Of a DNA stretch of 64,000 nucleotides, positions 23,945 to 36,700 are shown in pieces. Where the stretch lies: the NCBI RefSeq assembly GCF_037042905.1, contig NC_087250.1, forward strand, positions 4,218,001 through 4,282,000, read 5' to 3'. The position numbers and the translations under genes were made by a program. Positions within the stretch are counted from its first letter, which is position 1. Each line of letters starts with the position of its first letter. The notes under the pieces were generated by a model. That model was not told where the DNA came from and ran no database searches. It saw nothing but the letters and a program-made list of their open reading frames with translations. The stretch is from Lytechinus pictus. Taxonomy: Eukaryota.

Positions 23945-24830
23945 AATTTCATTTCATTTCATTTATTGGTTTCTGCAACACTTTTTTCATAAACACAGTA
24001 ACAAAGAAAATACAATAATAATATACGTATAACTGACAAGCAAAACATTGAACATAATTGCATTTCTTTTAATATATATCGATTGTTAGAAGGTTGAAGG
24101 GGTTGCCACTATAAGCTAAGCATGACTGCGTGGCAACCCCAGAAAGCAATAATTATTATTCATCCAACATATCTTAACGTAAGGGTGCAGGTGCATAATG
24201 ACGGGGGGGGGGGGGGGGGGCGCTTGGTCCTCACAATGTATATTTTCTTTTGATTCTTTTTTTGTTGTTGAAATTATGTGTTTCGTTAGATAAAGAGAAA
24301 GATCAATTTTAAAATTAACTCTGTGAATATTTATTCAATAATAATGTTTTAATACCTTTTTTAAAGGGAGAAATTAATCTTAACTGTTTGAGTGAATCTG
24401 GCAATGTATTCCATATGTCAGGCCCATGATGTCTAAGTGTTTTATGTGCTAATAGTGTTCTAGGATTGTCTAAGTGAATATTCTGACAAGTCGTGTTAGA
24501 TATGAATGTAAGTTGCTATTATATGAAAAGAAATCGGTAAACACAGGATGAAGCAGTTTGTAATGATATTTATACATAAAAAATAGCTATTTGTATAGTA
24601 TTCATATCATATATCTTCAACGTTTTTAGACGAAAAAAAAGTGGATCAGTTGTGAAAGATATGTTGATTTTGTGCAGATCCTAACAGCTTTCTTTTGTAA
24701 TAAAAGTAATGTTCAAGGTTAGTTTTACTACAGTTTCCCCAATAATGTTACAATAATTAATATTTGGTAGTACCAATGCATTGTATATCATTAAAAGGGA
24801 ATGCTCTGGCAAAAATACTTTAATTTGTAT
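23945..24830 (-). mobile_element. Decayed 3' end of a CR1/L2-group LINE
   Basis: Minus-strand remnants ALVLPNINYCNII..., LLLQKKAVRIC and DPLFFRLKTLKIYD, with a (TGAAA)n-type tail. Confidence 0.7.
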
Positions 24831-25517
24831 AATATTCCAGTTCCTTGAGCCATTGATGAGGATATTTTTATGTTTTATCCGACATATTTACCATGGTAAC
24901 AGTGCATCTCAGCCAATCAAATTAATTCAAAGGTATCAGACATCTAAAAGGATGCAGAATGCACAGTTCTGATTTTTTCCAACTTCTTTATTCAGTTCTT
25001 CAATGCAATGTCGAAAAATATGAAGTAAAACATAGAAGCCTTATTAGAATGTTATGACCAAATAAAATAAATATAGAGAGATTTGCAATCTGAATGAACG
25101 TTTTAATTGTATAAAATAATAAACAGCTCGTTCCGTTGTCCCTATTCCTTCTTACGCCGTAATGGGACATACACAATATAACAAGCTATGTCTTCGTTAG
25201 CATAGACATATTATTCCCTTCCATTTTTGTCACTACCAAAATAATGTATAGATTTTTACCTAATTACTTCAATGGTTTTGTCTATTTTTGTGGGTAATGG
25301 TGTTTGTTGGTCTTTTTATTTTTATCTAATCTTTTTTTTTCTTGGCAAGTCCATTCCGATTTATTATCAGTTATTACTTCCAAGGATTGTAATGAAGAAA
25401 CATGATTAACTTGAAAATGAATCACGTTTATTGCAATATCGACAGGTATTGTACCAGGCTAGATACGTGGTGGAAGAGACCTAAGAATAGTATGCTGTGC
25501 AAACCCTTCTCTTGCAT

Positions 25518-27178
25518 TAAAGGAAAATGAAACCCCAAATCTAATAATAATAATTAATAATTGGCATTTGTATAGCGCTTTATCAATCTACGACTGCTCA
25601 AAGCGCTTCACAATTTTTATTACCCGGTCACTGGATTCATAGCATTTCCAGCAGCCTGTTAGGTGCACACTTGCTACTTATTCCAACCACAATGATGGTT
25701 GTTTCCTACCAGTACCCAATTAGCACCTGGGTGAGAAAGGCAAAGTGTGGATTGACGCCTTGCCAAAGGACGCTAAACTGTTAAAAACCCTGATTTTACA
25801 GAAAAAAGGAAGATTTTGCAGAAAGCAATAATCATTCTGTAAATTCATAAAACAGGAATTTTTCTGCAATTTAACGGAACAGGTCTGTTTAAAAAGGGGA
25901 AACGGGTGTTTTCTTTAAGGAAATTTGTAAGGTTCCATTCACCAATTACCAATTTCTTGTAAGATTACGCAATCTGGTAAGATAACAGGTGTTCTCGAGA
26001 CTCTGCTGCAGGAACTTCTTTTATTTTAAGGATAAACTTTCTAACAGTGTAGGCCATGGTGGGATTCGAACACGCGACCATCTGATTACAAGGCGAGAGT
26101 TAACCGCTACACCACGGTGCTTCCACATAACATAATACCTTTGACAAGTACAGGAAAATCAAAATAAATTCACTTATACCCCAATCCGATTTCCCGGTAT
26201 GAAGTTCCATCTCTTCGAAGTTGGGCTTCTTCAGGTTTCAAGTCTCTGGATGAAGGTCACCATTTCGCAGGATTAATTTGTGACGCTAGCGACGAAGTAC
26301 ATCTCTATTAGCGTTTTCCAAAAAACGATTCCAATATACCAATTATTAATCAAATATGCACATAAACTCATAAAAAAATATTATTCCAAATTTGTATGAT
26401 GTTATATTATTGATTCAAAATACAATTTGATTAATTTAAGAAAATACACCCATATTTCCGATTTCCAAATAGGCATATTACAGGAAATTTGCCAATTTGG
26501 GAAATGTAGATAAGGGCGTAAAATTAATCATTTTGAATTCATCAAACTTAGTTTGAAGCTTTAGTATGATACCAAACACATTTGGAATATTTTTTTATGG
26601 GTTTTATTTGTATATTTTATTTAAAGGGGAATCCAACCCAAACTAAAACTTGTTTTCATGAGGACATAAAACAATATACTACCTGGGTTATATTTAGATT
26701 ACTGCCCCAGGGAATGGGTACTTAGGAGAAAACCACAAATTCCTGATAATAAAGAACATGGCCTATGGGAAAGTTGTCCTTGCCCCTTGACATAATTTAC
26801 TTACTCGGTTGCCAATTTGAAATCTACATAGTATTAGTGATCTCAATTTTAAAGCAGCTATAACTTTCTTATTGCTTGTCTGATTTCTTTCAAACTTTCG
26901 CCATTCTGTTTAATTTATTTTTCTCCTTCCCAACACTACATTTTATGGCCAAGGCTGGATTCCCCTTTAAACATATAGAATCTATAATAATATGAGAGAT
27001 AATTCGTTGCTGACGTCACATGTTTGAACTAACCCCCCGAAATGGCGAACTCCATCGAGATAAGCACATCCATGAAGAGGTGGTACTCCATACCGAGAAA
27101 TCAGATTGAGGATATAAGTGCATCTTGTATTTTCAATGATATTATGAGGTATTAGATCTTGGGTTTCATTTTCCTTAA
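25518..27178. mobile_element. TTAA-flanked (Kolobok-like) element hosting a SINE and two other MITEs
   Basis: ttaaaggaaaatgaaaccccaaatct / agatcttgggtttcattttccttaa. Contains a minus-strand SINE (about 25545-26125), itself split by a (c)actgttaaaaa...ttctaacagtg element (about 25776-26049), and a ttaaaggggaatcca...tggattcccctttaa MITE (26621-26970). Confidence 0.75.
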
Positions 27179-27504
27179 GGTTTTCTGAATACGCAGCTTA
27201 CAATGACTTGAGAACTGAAACAACAAGTTCATGTGCTAGTCTTGCTCGAAAACCCATCAGGGTCTGTGTCTGCAGACTAACCATAGACATCTTGCGATCC
27301 ACCTAGGCTATTAGAAAGAGGCATAAGTATAATTAATCTCATTCTGGTTCATTCTCTTGTATGGTATGATAAGGAAGAGCTTTAAAACTATTATTTTATT
27401 AACTATGTTGTTCGTGTTTAATTTGGCAAGTTTGTATAAAAATACATAACATTATTATAATATGCAAAAGATAGAACGACTCAAACTCGATAGGATAATC
27501 CCAA

Positions 27505-29476
27505 GAAACATCGTTCCGTGCAAGCCTTGCGCGTGAGTTGCGGGCAAATATTTTCCCGCATGCAACAAAGTTTATGCGGGCAAACAATAATTTTCAAAAG
27601 TTTGTCTTCTTCCGTTGAGTAAAGTCCTCTTTATAGATTATAGTCGTACTTGCCAGCATATAACACCCCTTCTGCGGGCGGCGGGACGCGTACAATTTAC
27701 TCTAGACTTGCGTGCATTGCGTGTGCCCTGCGGGCGAGGCGCGAGGGTGGCGCGAGCATGCTTCCGTGTAAGTTGTGGGCGACATACGTGCCCTGCGTGT
27801 TATCTACTGCCAACCTATGTCAAATCCACCTGGTCAAATCTGCGAGTTACTTGCGTGCAAGTTGCGTGTGGGCTGCCTGGTGATATAACCAGGGTGATTA
27901 GCAGAGGTGCTCAATAAACGTAATTATCTTGGCCCCAATCAACCCGCAACTGACCAGTAGAAAGACAGTAGGTCGCCCTCAACATATACGCGATTTGCTT
28001 GCACCTCGTCCACAGAACGCACCAGCAACACTAATGATGGCAGTATCATGACCGTTCCTTGCCAGTAATTCCCCCATATTTTGCACGCAGAATGCCAGCA
28101 GATAACACCTCTTTTCAGCGCATAGCCAGAAATTCACGGGCAATTTGCGTTCTTCAAGCAGGTCAGGCGCGGATCCAGGAGGGGGCCGAGCCGGCCCCGC
28201 CCCCCCCCCCCTATTTTTTGACAACCTGCAGAAAAAGTGTACTATAGGAAAAACACTAAAGAAAAGTAGGAAAGGTATCATACCCAGGATGTGTAATTTA
28301 CAACCTCGTAACGGCCGGCCCGACCCCGAAAGGAAACAAAAAAAGGGTGAGGGGAAGAATTGGAAAAAGAACTTTATATACAAAATTTCGCTCGCGCTTC
28401 GCGCTCACATTGCCTGTGCCAATGAATCCCATTCAAGAGGATTAAATGACACTTATATATCCAGATCTGAAATCAATTTGCACACAATATTTTAGCTCGC
28501 ACATCAAGCTTTAATTATTTTGTTTGTTTTACACAAATTGTTTATATTAAAATTTTCAGCTCGCGCTGCGCGCTCGCATTGTTTGATTTGTGAGTTACCT
28601 ATCCTCTTTGTAAATTCTTACCAAAATTTGTCAAAACGCTCCTTTATCATGCCAGTATAAAAAAAAAATTGAGCTTATGCATCGCGCTCGCATTTAATTG
28701 TTTGAGACACACAGCTTTTTTCTGTATTTAAATAAAAACGCGCTTAGACTGTCCAGTTTTCAGGTCGGAATATCAAAAATTTTGAGCTCGCACTTCGCAC
28801 TCTCATTATTTAATTGGTGATACTTGTATCCTCTTCATTAATCACTAAAAACAGTCCTAATTGAGTCCCTTTTCACGTTACTATGATAAAATTTCGGCTC
28901 GCGCTTCGCGCTCGCATTGTTTAGTTGGATACTTATCTTTTTCATGATTATAAAATCTCCTCAGAATCTTCAGGTCTAAGGACATAAATATCAAAGAATT
29001 TGAGCTCGCGCTTCGCGCTCGCATTATATATTAAGACCACATGAGATACCTTATCTTGTTTATAACAATAAAAACTAACATATACTTAAAACTTTAGTCT
29101 CTAGTTAGGACTACCCCCTGAACCCCCCCCCCCAAAAAAAAAAAAAAATCAGATTATAGCGGCCAATCGAGAAAAATGTTGATGAAAATATTTTCGGCCC
29201 CCCCTATTGGCGAAAGCTGGATCCGCCCCTGCAGGTTAACTGCGTGTGACTTGCTGGACTCTTCCTGGTGTTCTGCGTGGAACTTGCGGGCAATTTCCCG
29301 CAACTCACCCGGAACAAGTTTTAAGCATGTGCCAAACCTTTCTGCGGGCTAATCAGATTTGAGTGTGTTCCTACGGGCTACATGCGTGCGAGATACTGTC
29401 AATGCAGGTGACCTGCGGGTAGCAAAAATAGTTATCCGCAAGTCTCACGCAAGGCTTGCATGGAACGGGGCCTTAA
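27505..29476. mobile_element. GC-rich (tgcggg-repeat) Harbinger-like element downstream of MCT copy A
   Basis: TIR cgttccgtgcaagccttgcg / cgcaaggcttgcatggaacg. Paralogous copy at about 51735-53476. Confidence 0.7.
28164..29231. mobile_element. CAGGGGCGGATCCAG-terminated element with 5-bp TSD (hAT5-like)
   Basis: TIR caggcgcggatccag / ctggatccgcccctg, TSD caggt / caggt. The empty site is visible in the paralogue near 53245. Confidence 0.85.
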
Positions 29477-29480
29477 AACG

Positions 29481-29486
29481 TTTATT
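29481..29486 (-). promoter_or_regulatory. Candidate polyadenylation signal of MCT copy A
   Basis: AATAAA on the minus strand about 350 nt after the stop. Conserved at the equivalent position in copy B (53481-53486). Confidence 0.5.
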
Positions 29487-29551
29487 TCCAATCGGGTCTT
29501 AAATAGAAAAAAAAAACTTATAAGAATGTATAGCAAAATATCATACAAATT

Positions 29552-29900
29552 AATTTGAAATAAAATTTAAGCCGTCCCCCAACCCCTGGCTGTTTGCCTC
29601 CCCTTCCCTAGTATTTTAGATGATTCCACCTATGTCGAGCAACAAGGAAGGCAATGGTCAGGAACATCAATTTGAAGTAAAATTGAGGTCGTCAACTTTC
29701 CCTGGCTTTTGGCCTCCTCTTCCCTAGTATTTTAGACAATTCCGCCTACGTCGAGTAATAAGAAAGGCAATGGCCAGGAACATCAATTTGAAATGAAATT
29801 AACGTCGTCAACTCCCCCCTGGCTTTTTCCGCCTCTTCCCTAGGATTTTAGACGAGTCCATCTATGTCGAGCAACAAGGAAGGCAATGGTGAGCAACACT
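29552..29900. repeat. Three ~116-bp tandem units spanning the stop codon of MCT copy A
   Basis: cctc.cttccctag.attttaga...tgtcgag.aa.aag.aaggcaatgg repeated three times. Confidence 0.9.
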
Positions 29901-29970
29901 ACTAGACAGTTAATAAATCCAAGAGTAAGGAAGACTGTCGTGTAGGATCCCGTCTTATCTTTGATCGCAC
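29840..29970 (-). CDS. MCT copy A terminal exon
   Basis: ttttgcag| acceptor, then GAIKDKTGSYTTVFLTLGFINCLVVLLTIAFLVARHRWTRLKS*. Not in the ORF track. Confidence 0.88.
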
Positions 29971-32900
29971 CTGCAAAAACGACAGAAACACGTCCATATA
30001 GTAAGCTAGTTAATAGGTAAGTTAGATATAGTTAGATACTGATTTTTCAATCGTTTTAATATTTCGTCGGCGTTCATCCGAACCGTTGTATAAGTCAATT
30101 TTGGTCAAACAATCGATTTTGAGATTTTTGCAGAAAATGAAAGTACAAGCCCTATCCTATTCAGAACTAAATTTCTAGGCAGCAATTTATTTTAGTTTCT
30201 TAGATATGAGGGGATTTTCACGGCGATGCCGTACAATGTTTTAATAAAATGTGCAAATACCATTGGAAACGTGTACAGTAGCAGAGTGATACGACGTTTT
30301 GACTGACCGCAATTTTAATGAGCGCGGTCAGCCAAACTGTCGTATCGGCCATCTGCACCTCACTGACTTTGCACGTGAACAGTGATACGACGTTTTGACT
30401 GACCGCACGCATTGAAATCGCGGTCAGGGGAGCGTTTCATGAAAGGACTTGTCGGACGTTATATCCGACAAGTCCCATTTTATCCGACCATCGTAACAGT
30501 ACCTCTCAGCCAATCAACAACAGAGAAAGATGTCAGATCTGACAACTTGTCGGATGAAAATGTTGATGAAACACTCCCCTGGTTTGTTGTATTTCCTATG
30601 ACATTCTTGTACAGGGGTTATCTAAACCGCTCAAACAGAAATTACAAGCATGTAGCTCGTTTGCGATATTTTCTCTGATTCTTGGTTTTGTGTAAAAATA
30701 AGGATATCATTGCCAAGACGTTGTCTTGGTCTTTTCAACCGTGTACTTTTCTAGCAATGAATATGTTGTAAGGCTGCAGAGCTAAGTGTGAAAATGTTAA
30801 TAACCTTTGAAGTCGATTTTCTCTGAAATGGGTTTGCACCGTCGTATGTGTGATACGCCGGTTCGAATGACCGCCGACGATTTATTCACATTTTTTTTTC
30901 ATTAACCTATTGATTCCTTCTATCTATTAATTCATATATTCATTCAATATCTTTCCGTTTTGATTTTATGGAACATATATGTGACCTACCACCCCAAAAC
31001 CAACAATAAGTCGCCAGGTACGGTGAGGTTCTCTGTAAGTAGCCAAAATATAAATTTATTATCCCAAAACCAAAAATTGCAAAAAGGGCTTATCTGGAAG
31101 AGTAATTATTCTTCTTCATACTGTGAAAAGTCTAGAAGTTGAATAAAATAAAAGATACAAGAGTTTCTTGGACACTACTTTGTCGGACTGCTTGGAAGTT
31201 TCACTCAGATTGCACAGTATGCACATCTCATGCTTGAGAGAACCCCAACTTCAAAAACTGTTTCCCGTTTATTTTTTAAGCTCTTGCTGAATTTCCTCTG
31301 CATTAGGTCACGTACTTGTAATGGTTATTTCTGGTCAATTTCAACATATCATATATGTTAGGAAATGAATGTTCAAGCTCAATAAAAATACTAATATTCA
31401 TTTTGGTCGAATTATTCTCGGTTTTGGGGTGGCAGGTCACAAAGCACAGGATAAAAACAGGTTCGATATTGTTTTTTTCCATTTCTGGTGCAGATGCAGC
31501 AGCATAAAAACTTGCAAGATTTTGATAATCATCTCGTATTCATCAATAGCACATTGAATAATAATTTGCATTTATGGAAATGAAATATTGTCATGGTTAT
31601 ATTTTTTAATTATCTTTTCAATTTGGGTTGACTTCGTGGTCAGCCATCGAATTCGCCCCCACTTAAAACTCACCAGATTAAGGATATCATTAAGAAAACC
31701 TTTAGAAAGAAGTTGCTGATGTTACCGGAATAGTTATTTCTCTGATTTATCCGTGCTTCATACATGCCTCACCTGACATTAGACTCCCGATGTTGCCACC
31801 AAGGCCTGCCACAAAACCAAAGATTCCAGATCCAACCGTAAAGTTCTCATTGGAGACGGAACCCTTTAGGAGCGCAGCGTAAGAAATCACAAAGCTGAAG
31901 ACACACACTCCCTGAAGGAAGGCAGCGACGCACATGACAGGGAATGACGTCAACAGTGGATCGAGTAAGAAAACAGTTGTTGATATCACGCCGAAGATCA
32001 GAAAAACTAAGATGAAGTCAATTTTAAGGAAGAGAAATATGATGGACATTATCCGTCCAATAAACCCCCCAGCGCCGGCTAGAGATGATAGTAAGACGGC
32101 CTTTGAGACAGGTATTCCATGCCATACCGCCCGTGGGACAAGGAATAGAATCCACGAATTTACAACAACTGCTGAGAGCAGAAGGCAAGGTAATGACAGT
32201 AATAAAAGCGGTTCTTGGATGATGATGCAACCTTGAACCGAATGCCACAATCGAACCGCCCAACGCTGCTTTCGTCGATTCTGTGATTCGTCTGTTTGTG
32301 GTAAAATGCTGCGTGATTCTTCATCGTGGGTTGCAATCACCTCAGTGCTCTCACGGTCGCAGTCATCACCGTCGATTAAAGGTTTTTGGCAAGAGTCAAT
32401 TGCCTTTGCCGACTTTACGAATGTCTGTCGACCCTGTCCAATCGCTCTTGTGGACTGTCCAGGAGAAACAGTGGTTCTTTCCGCGCTCTTTGTGGATGTC
32501 TGGGAACCCTCTTCAATAGTGTCTGCGGACTCTCCGAGATAAACACTGTTCTTCTTCGCCGTGCCTGTGGATGTCTCTGAAACCTTCCCCACTGCTCTTC
32601 TAGTCTGCTTGAGATAAACACTGATAGGAATGGCATGCATGCTGATACCTCCAAGAATGAGCATGGCACCGCTGAATCCATAAGCGCGAAGCGCCCTCTC
32701 GACGATGAACGGTACGACCAGGGCGCCTACCGTGCTTCCGAGATGGCCTATCGTATTTACAAGAACGAAATTCTCCGGGAAGTGGTCGTTGAGTAAGACT
32801 TTGACTGTTATGTATACCATTGAGAGTCCTAATCCTAAGATTGAGATGGGTAGAAAAAATAAAATAAAATAAAATAAAAAGAGATATAATATATTAATTT

Positions 32901-33635
32901 AAGAAATGTAAAAGTAATGAGCATCTTAAATTAGTATTGTAAACATTGTGAACAAAACGCTTAAATGCAATACAAGCTTTGGGACAGTGGTCTTCATTAT
33001 GAAAATAGCGATTTCATGTTAAATATGTTTATAACCGACATTTGAAAAATACTGAAATAGGGGGAAAAGCTACAAGATTTCTGTGAGCAAAATATCTGAA
33101 ATCTTTAGATTGGGAATGAATATAATGTCAGGAATGCGGTGGGAGCCAATCAAAAATTAGATTGAGGTTAGACTGTTTTTTTTTGTTGTTCTATTTTCAA
33201 TCAAATTCTGGATTGGTCCCTCGTATTAATTTGAAGAAATTAAAAGTTCAAAAGTGTATCTATGTATCTGTTTCCGTATTTACCTGTTATCGAAAGGCAG
33301 AATCCCAGAGCAAATACAGAAGTCAGATAACCAGAAATGATGATTCCTAAAGACGATGTAATAGCTCCCGTAACAGCCATCGCTCGAGGTGAGATAAAAG
33401 CACTCTTGAGTACATACGCCATAGGTAGAGCTGCAATACGTGAAATGGGAAATCAAAGCGTCGTGTCGATGCCAAAACACCCTTAAAACCACATTTTCGC
33501 GCATGGCATGCGCGCAAAAGCACACTTGGCAGCAAGCAATGCCTAAAGTAATTGTGTAAAGGCGTTTATGCACCAATGGGGTGCGCGAGAACGTTTTGAT
33601 AAGGGCGTTTTGCACCGACATGAAGGTTATTTAAA

Positions 33636-33670
<35 letters not shown>

Positions 33671-33671
33671 T

Positions 33672-33703
<32 letters not shown>

Positions 33704-36700
33704 ATAATAATAACAATGATGATGATAATGATAATAATAATGATGATAATAATAATAATAACAACTATAATAATGATGATGATAATAATAATAATAATAG
33801 TGATAATGATAATAATAATAATAATAATACATAAGATTTATATAGCGCACTTTCCATCCTGATTAGATGCTCAAGGCGCTTTAGAGCAGAACAAAACTAT
33901 TTACATATAATACATGTCTGAACAATAAGTCAATGTCTATCAAAAAACACTTTTGTACAGGTATGTTTTCAGGTTGCCCTTGAAGGTGGTCACTAAAGTC
34001 TGGGTTTTCAAACTGTGTGGGAGAGAATTCCACAGGCTAGGCCCTGCATGAGCAAAGGCCCGCTCCCCGCATGATTTCTTAGCAACTGGAATTTGTAAGA
34101 GATTAGATGATGAGGATCGTAAATTTCTTGAGGGTTGGTAATGATGCATCAAAGACCTATTGTAACTGGGGGGAAGTTCCATTGGCTATATGAAAAATCA
34201 AAAGAAGGATTTTAAAGACTATGCATTCCTTCAGGGGCAACCAGTGAAGAGTTTTCAATATAGGGGTGATGTGGCTGCGCTTGCTAGATATAGTTACAAT
34301 ACGCGCAGCTGCATTTTGCAACCTTTGCAATTTTCCAAGTTGAGAATCTGGTAAGTTGTAAAGGAGGCTATTACCAAAATCGAATCGTGAAGAAATGAGT
34401 GAATGTACCAGTTTCTCTGTTGCTGAGCGAGTGAGATATTTTCTTATGAAACCAATATTGCGCAATTGATAACGAACTGATCTGGAAATGTTTGTAATCT
34501 GGTTGGACATGGACATGTGAGAATCAAAGATAACTCCAAGATTGCGACATGTTTTTGACAAGGGGATGTCATTGCCTGAGATAGAGATGGAATCAATGTT
34601 GAATTTGTTAATTTGAAACTTTGAGCCAAAAACTAAAAACTCACATTTACTATGGTTCAAAAGTAACGAGTTTGACTTCAACCGAGTGTCAATGTCACAA
34701 TAAAATAATAATAAAAGGTATTTGCATTGCGCCACCTATCTAGAAATAATTTATTCCATGTCGCAGTGTTGTTGTTATTATTACTACCCCGGCCTTAGCT
34801 CGAGCTGCCTTTCAACGCTCGTCCATTCAAGGAATGAATCCTGCCAGGTACCCACTCACCTTATTTGGGTTGTGTGCAGCACAGAGTGGATACATTTCTT
34901 GCTGAAGGAAAACACGCAATGACTAGGATTTGAACCCACGGCCATCTATTCGAAAGGCGAGAGCCAGAACCACTAGACCACGACGCGCCCCTATAGGAGT
35001 TGAAGTCAGGAATGGATATACCGAGATGAGAGGTATTTCCCACTTTTCGCCTGTGCAACGCAGACGGACTTTACGACGGTATATTGATTTGGGAAGAGAC
35101 TTTTCGGCCCGTCGTCATGGTCGTAAAACTCTGTCCTACAATGCAGATTGTGTGACATGAATTTTTTTTCGTTTCGCATTTGCAACGGAAACATTCAATC
35201 TGCGTTTCGTGTGCAAATTTCTAATTGCTACTATGGTTACAGCGATATATCCGATTTAGGACGACTTTCTAGAGCCACATTTGGTTCCTCCCAGAGCGCG
35301 AGAGGCAGCCCGGGGGCCCACTTTCATTGACGAGTGAATACCAGGCGCGACCACGCGTAAAGAGGGAAAGAGTGGGCAAGTACGTTACACATAGGCATAT
35401 GTAACGTTTTAAGGGATAAATTTCCAATACTTGTAAGGTTTCACAAGACAAATACTTGTTAAGGGATGCATTTGCATAATCTGAAAAAGACTTGCTTCCC
35501 TTGGTTTAGGGTGCTTTTCGAAACCCCATAGTCGCGCCTGGTATCCAATCATCAATGGAAGTGCTCCCCCCGGAAATTTGAATCTAATCCCCCATTTCTG
35601 GGGAAAGTAAAACATAATGCCCATTACATTGTGTGCTACAGGCATATCGTTTTTAATGTGTAGGAGGAGCAAGCAAAAGACCCCCCCCCCGCAAATTCGG
35701 ATGGTGTTCAGACGAATAGGCCTATTGCATTTGCTGTGTACATATCAACGCATGCGAAATGGTTTCGGCTGGAGAGGTGATCTGACCCATGGAATCAATT
35801 GCAAGTGATCCACCAATAATCCACATTAGATGCAGTATCGATTCGATATGAAGTTGACGGTTTTGAGTCTCTCGCTCCTGAAATTTATGGTTTCTTTCAT
35901 CTTTTTTTAAATACTTTACACTGTTTTTATGTTTCCAAACTTGGATATTTGTGATCTTGGAAGGTGATTTTAACTTCTTATCTTGACTAACTGGACATTG
36001 TATATCTGGTAAGACTACAGTGACTCGTTTTTGAACTTACGCTTTTCAAATTGATCAGAGCCTCCGTATAATTTTATGTATGCGTACTGTGGTTATAGTC
36101 GCTTATGCTCAAACTGATACTCCGCCAATTGTCCATCCAGCTATAGCCATGGTAAAGAATGGCTCAGTCTAAACTTTCCAAACCAAAAACTAACGTCGGA
36201 TATGGAACCCCAGGTTCAACTGACTTTAGATGCAAACTGCCTAAAAATATAACTATATCAGGGATCAACACGGCCTTATATCATATTCCGAAAAATCACC
36301 TCGATCAAGCAGTCCTGAAAGATGATCATATAGATTATGTTGTGAATGAGTTATGCTCTATCTACCCAAACCTGAACAGGAATATTTGCCGTCATTATTG
36401 TATTTCATCAGTTAACAATAATGAGAATGTCCGAATAGATTCATGCTCAGAGAATTATATTTCTGACTTAAATGAGGATGAAGATCAATAAAGTTTGATT
36501 TTGATCCAAGATGGCGCTGTCATGGCTGATGGTCAAGTTGGTTTTCCTCTCGATACTACTGATTTGAATATCAATGAAAACTCGGCCAGTTCCATGAGAA
36601 CTGAACTTCAACAAGTATCGGATAATCCCAAGGGCAATGAAGTCCTAAACAATGGTGTACCTCATCAACTTGAAAATAGAGTCAGGGATTTGGAATCCGT

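Noticed and set aside
33568..33834. Poly-Thr/Asn ORF
   Set aside because: Microsatellite tail of the adjacent L2 fragment.
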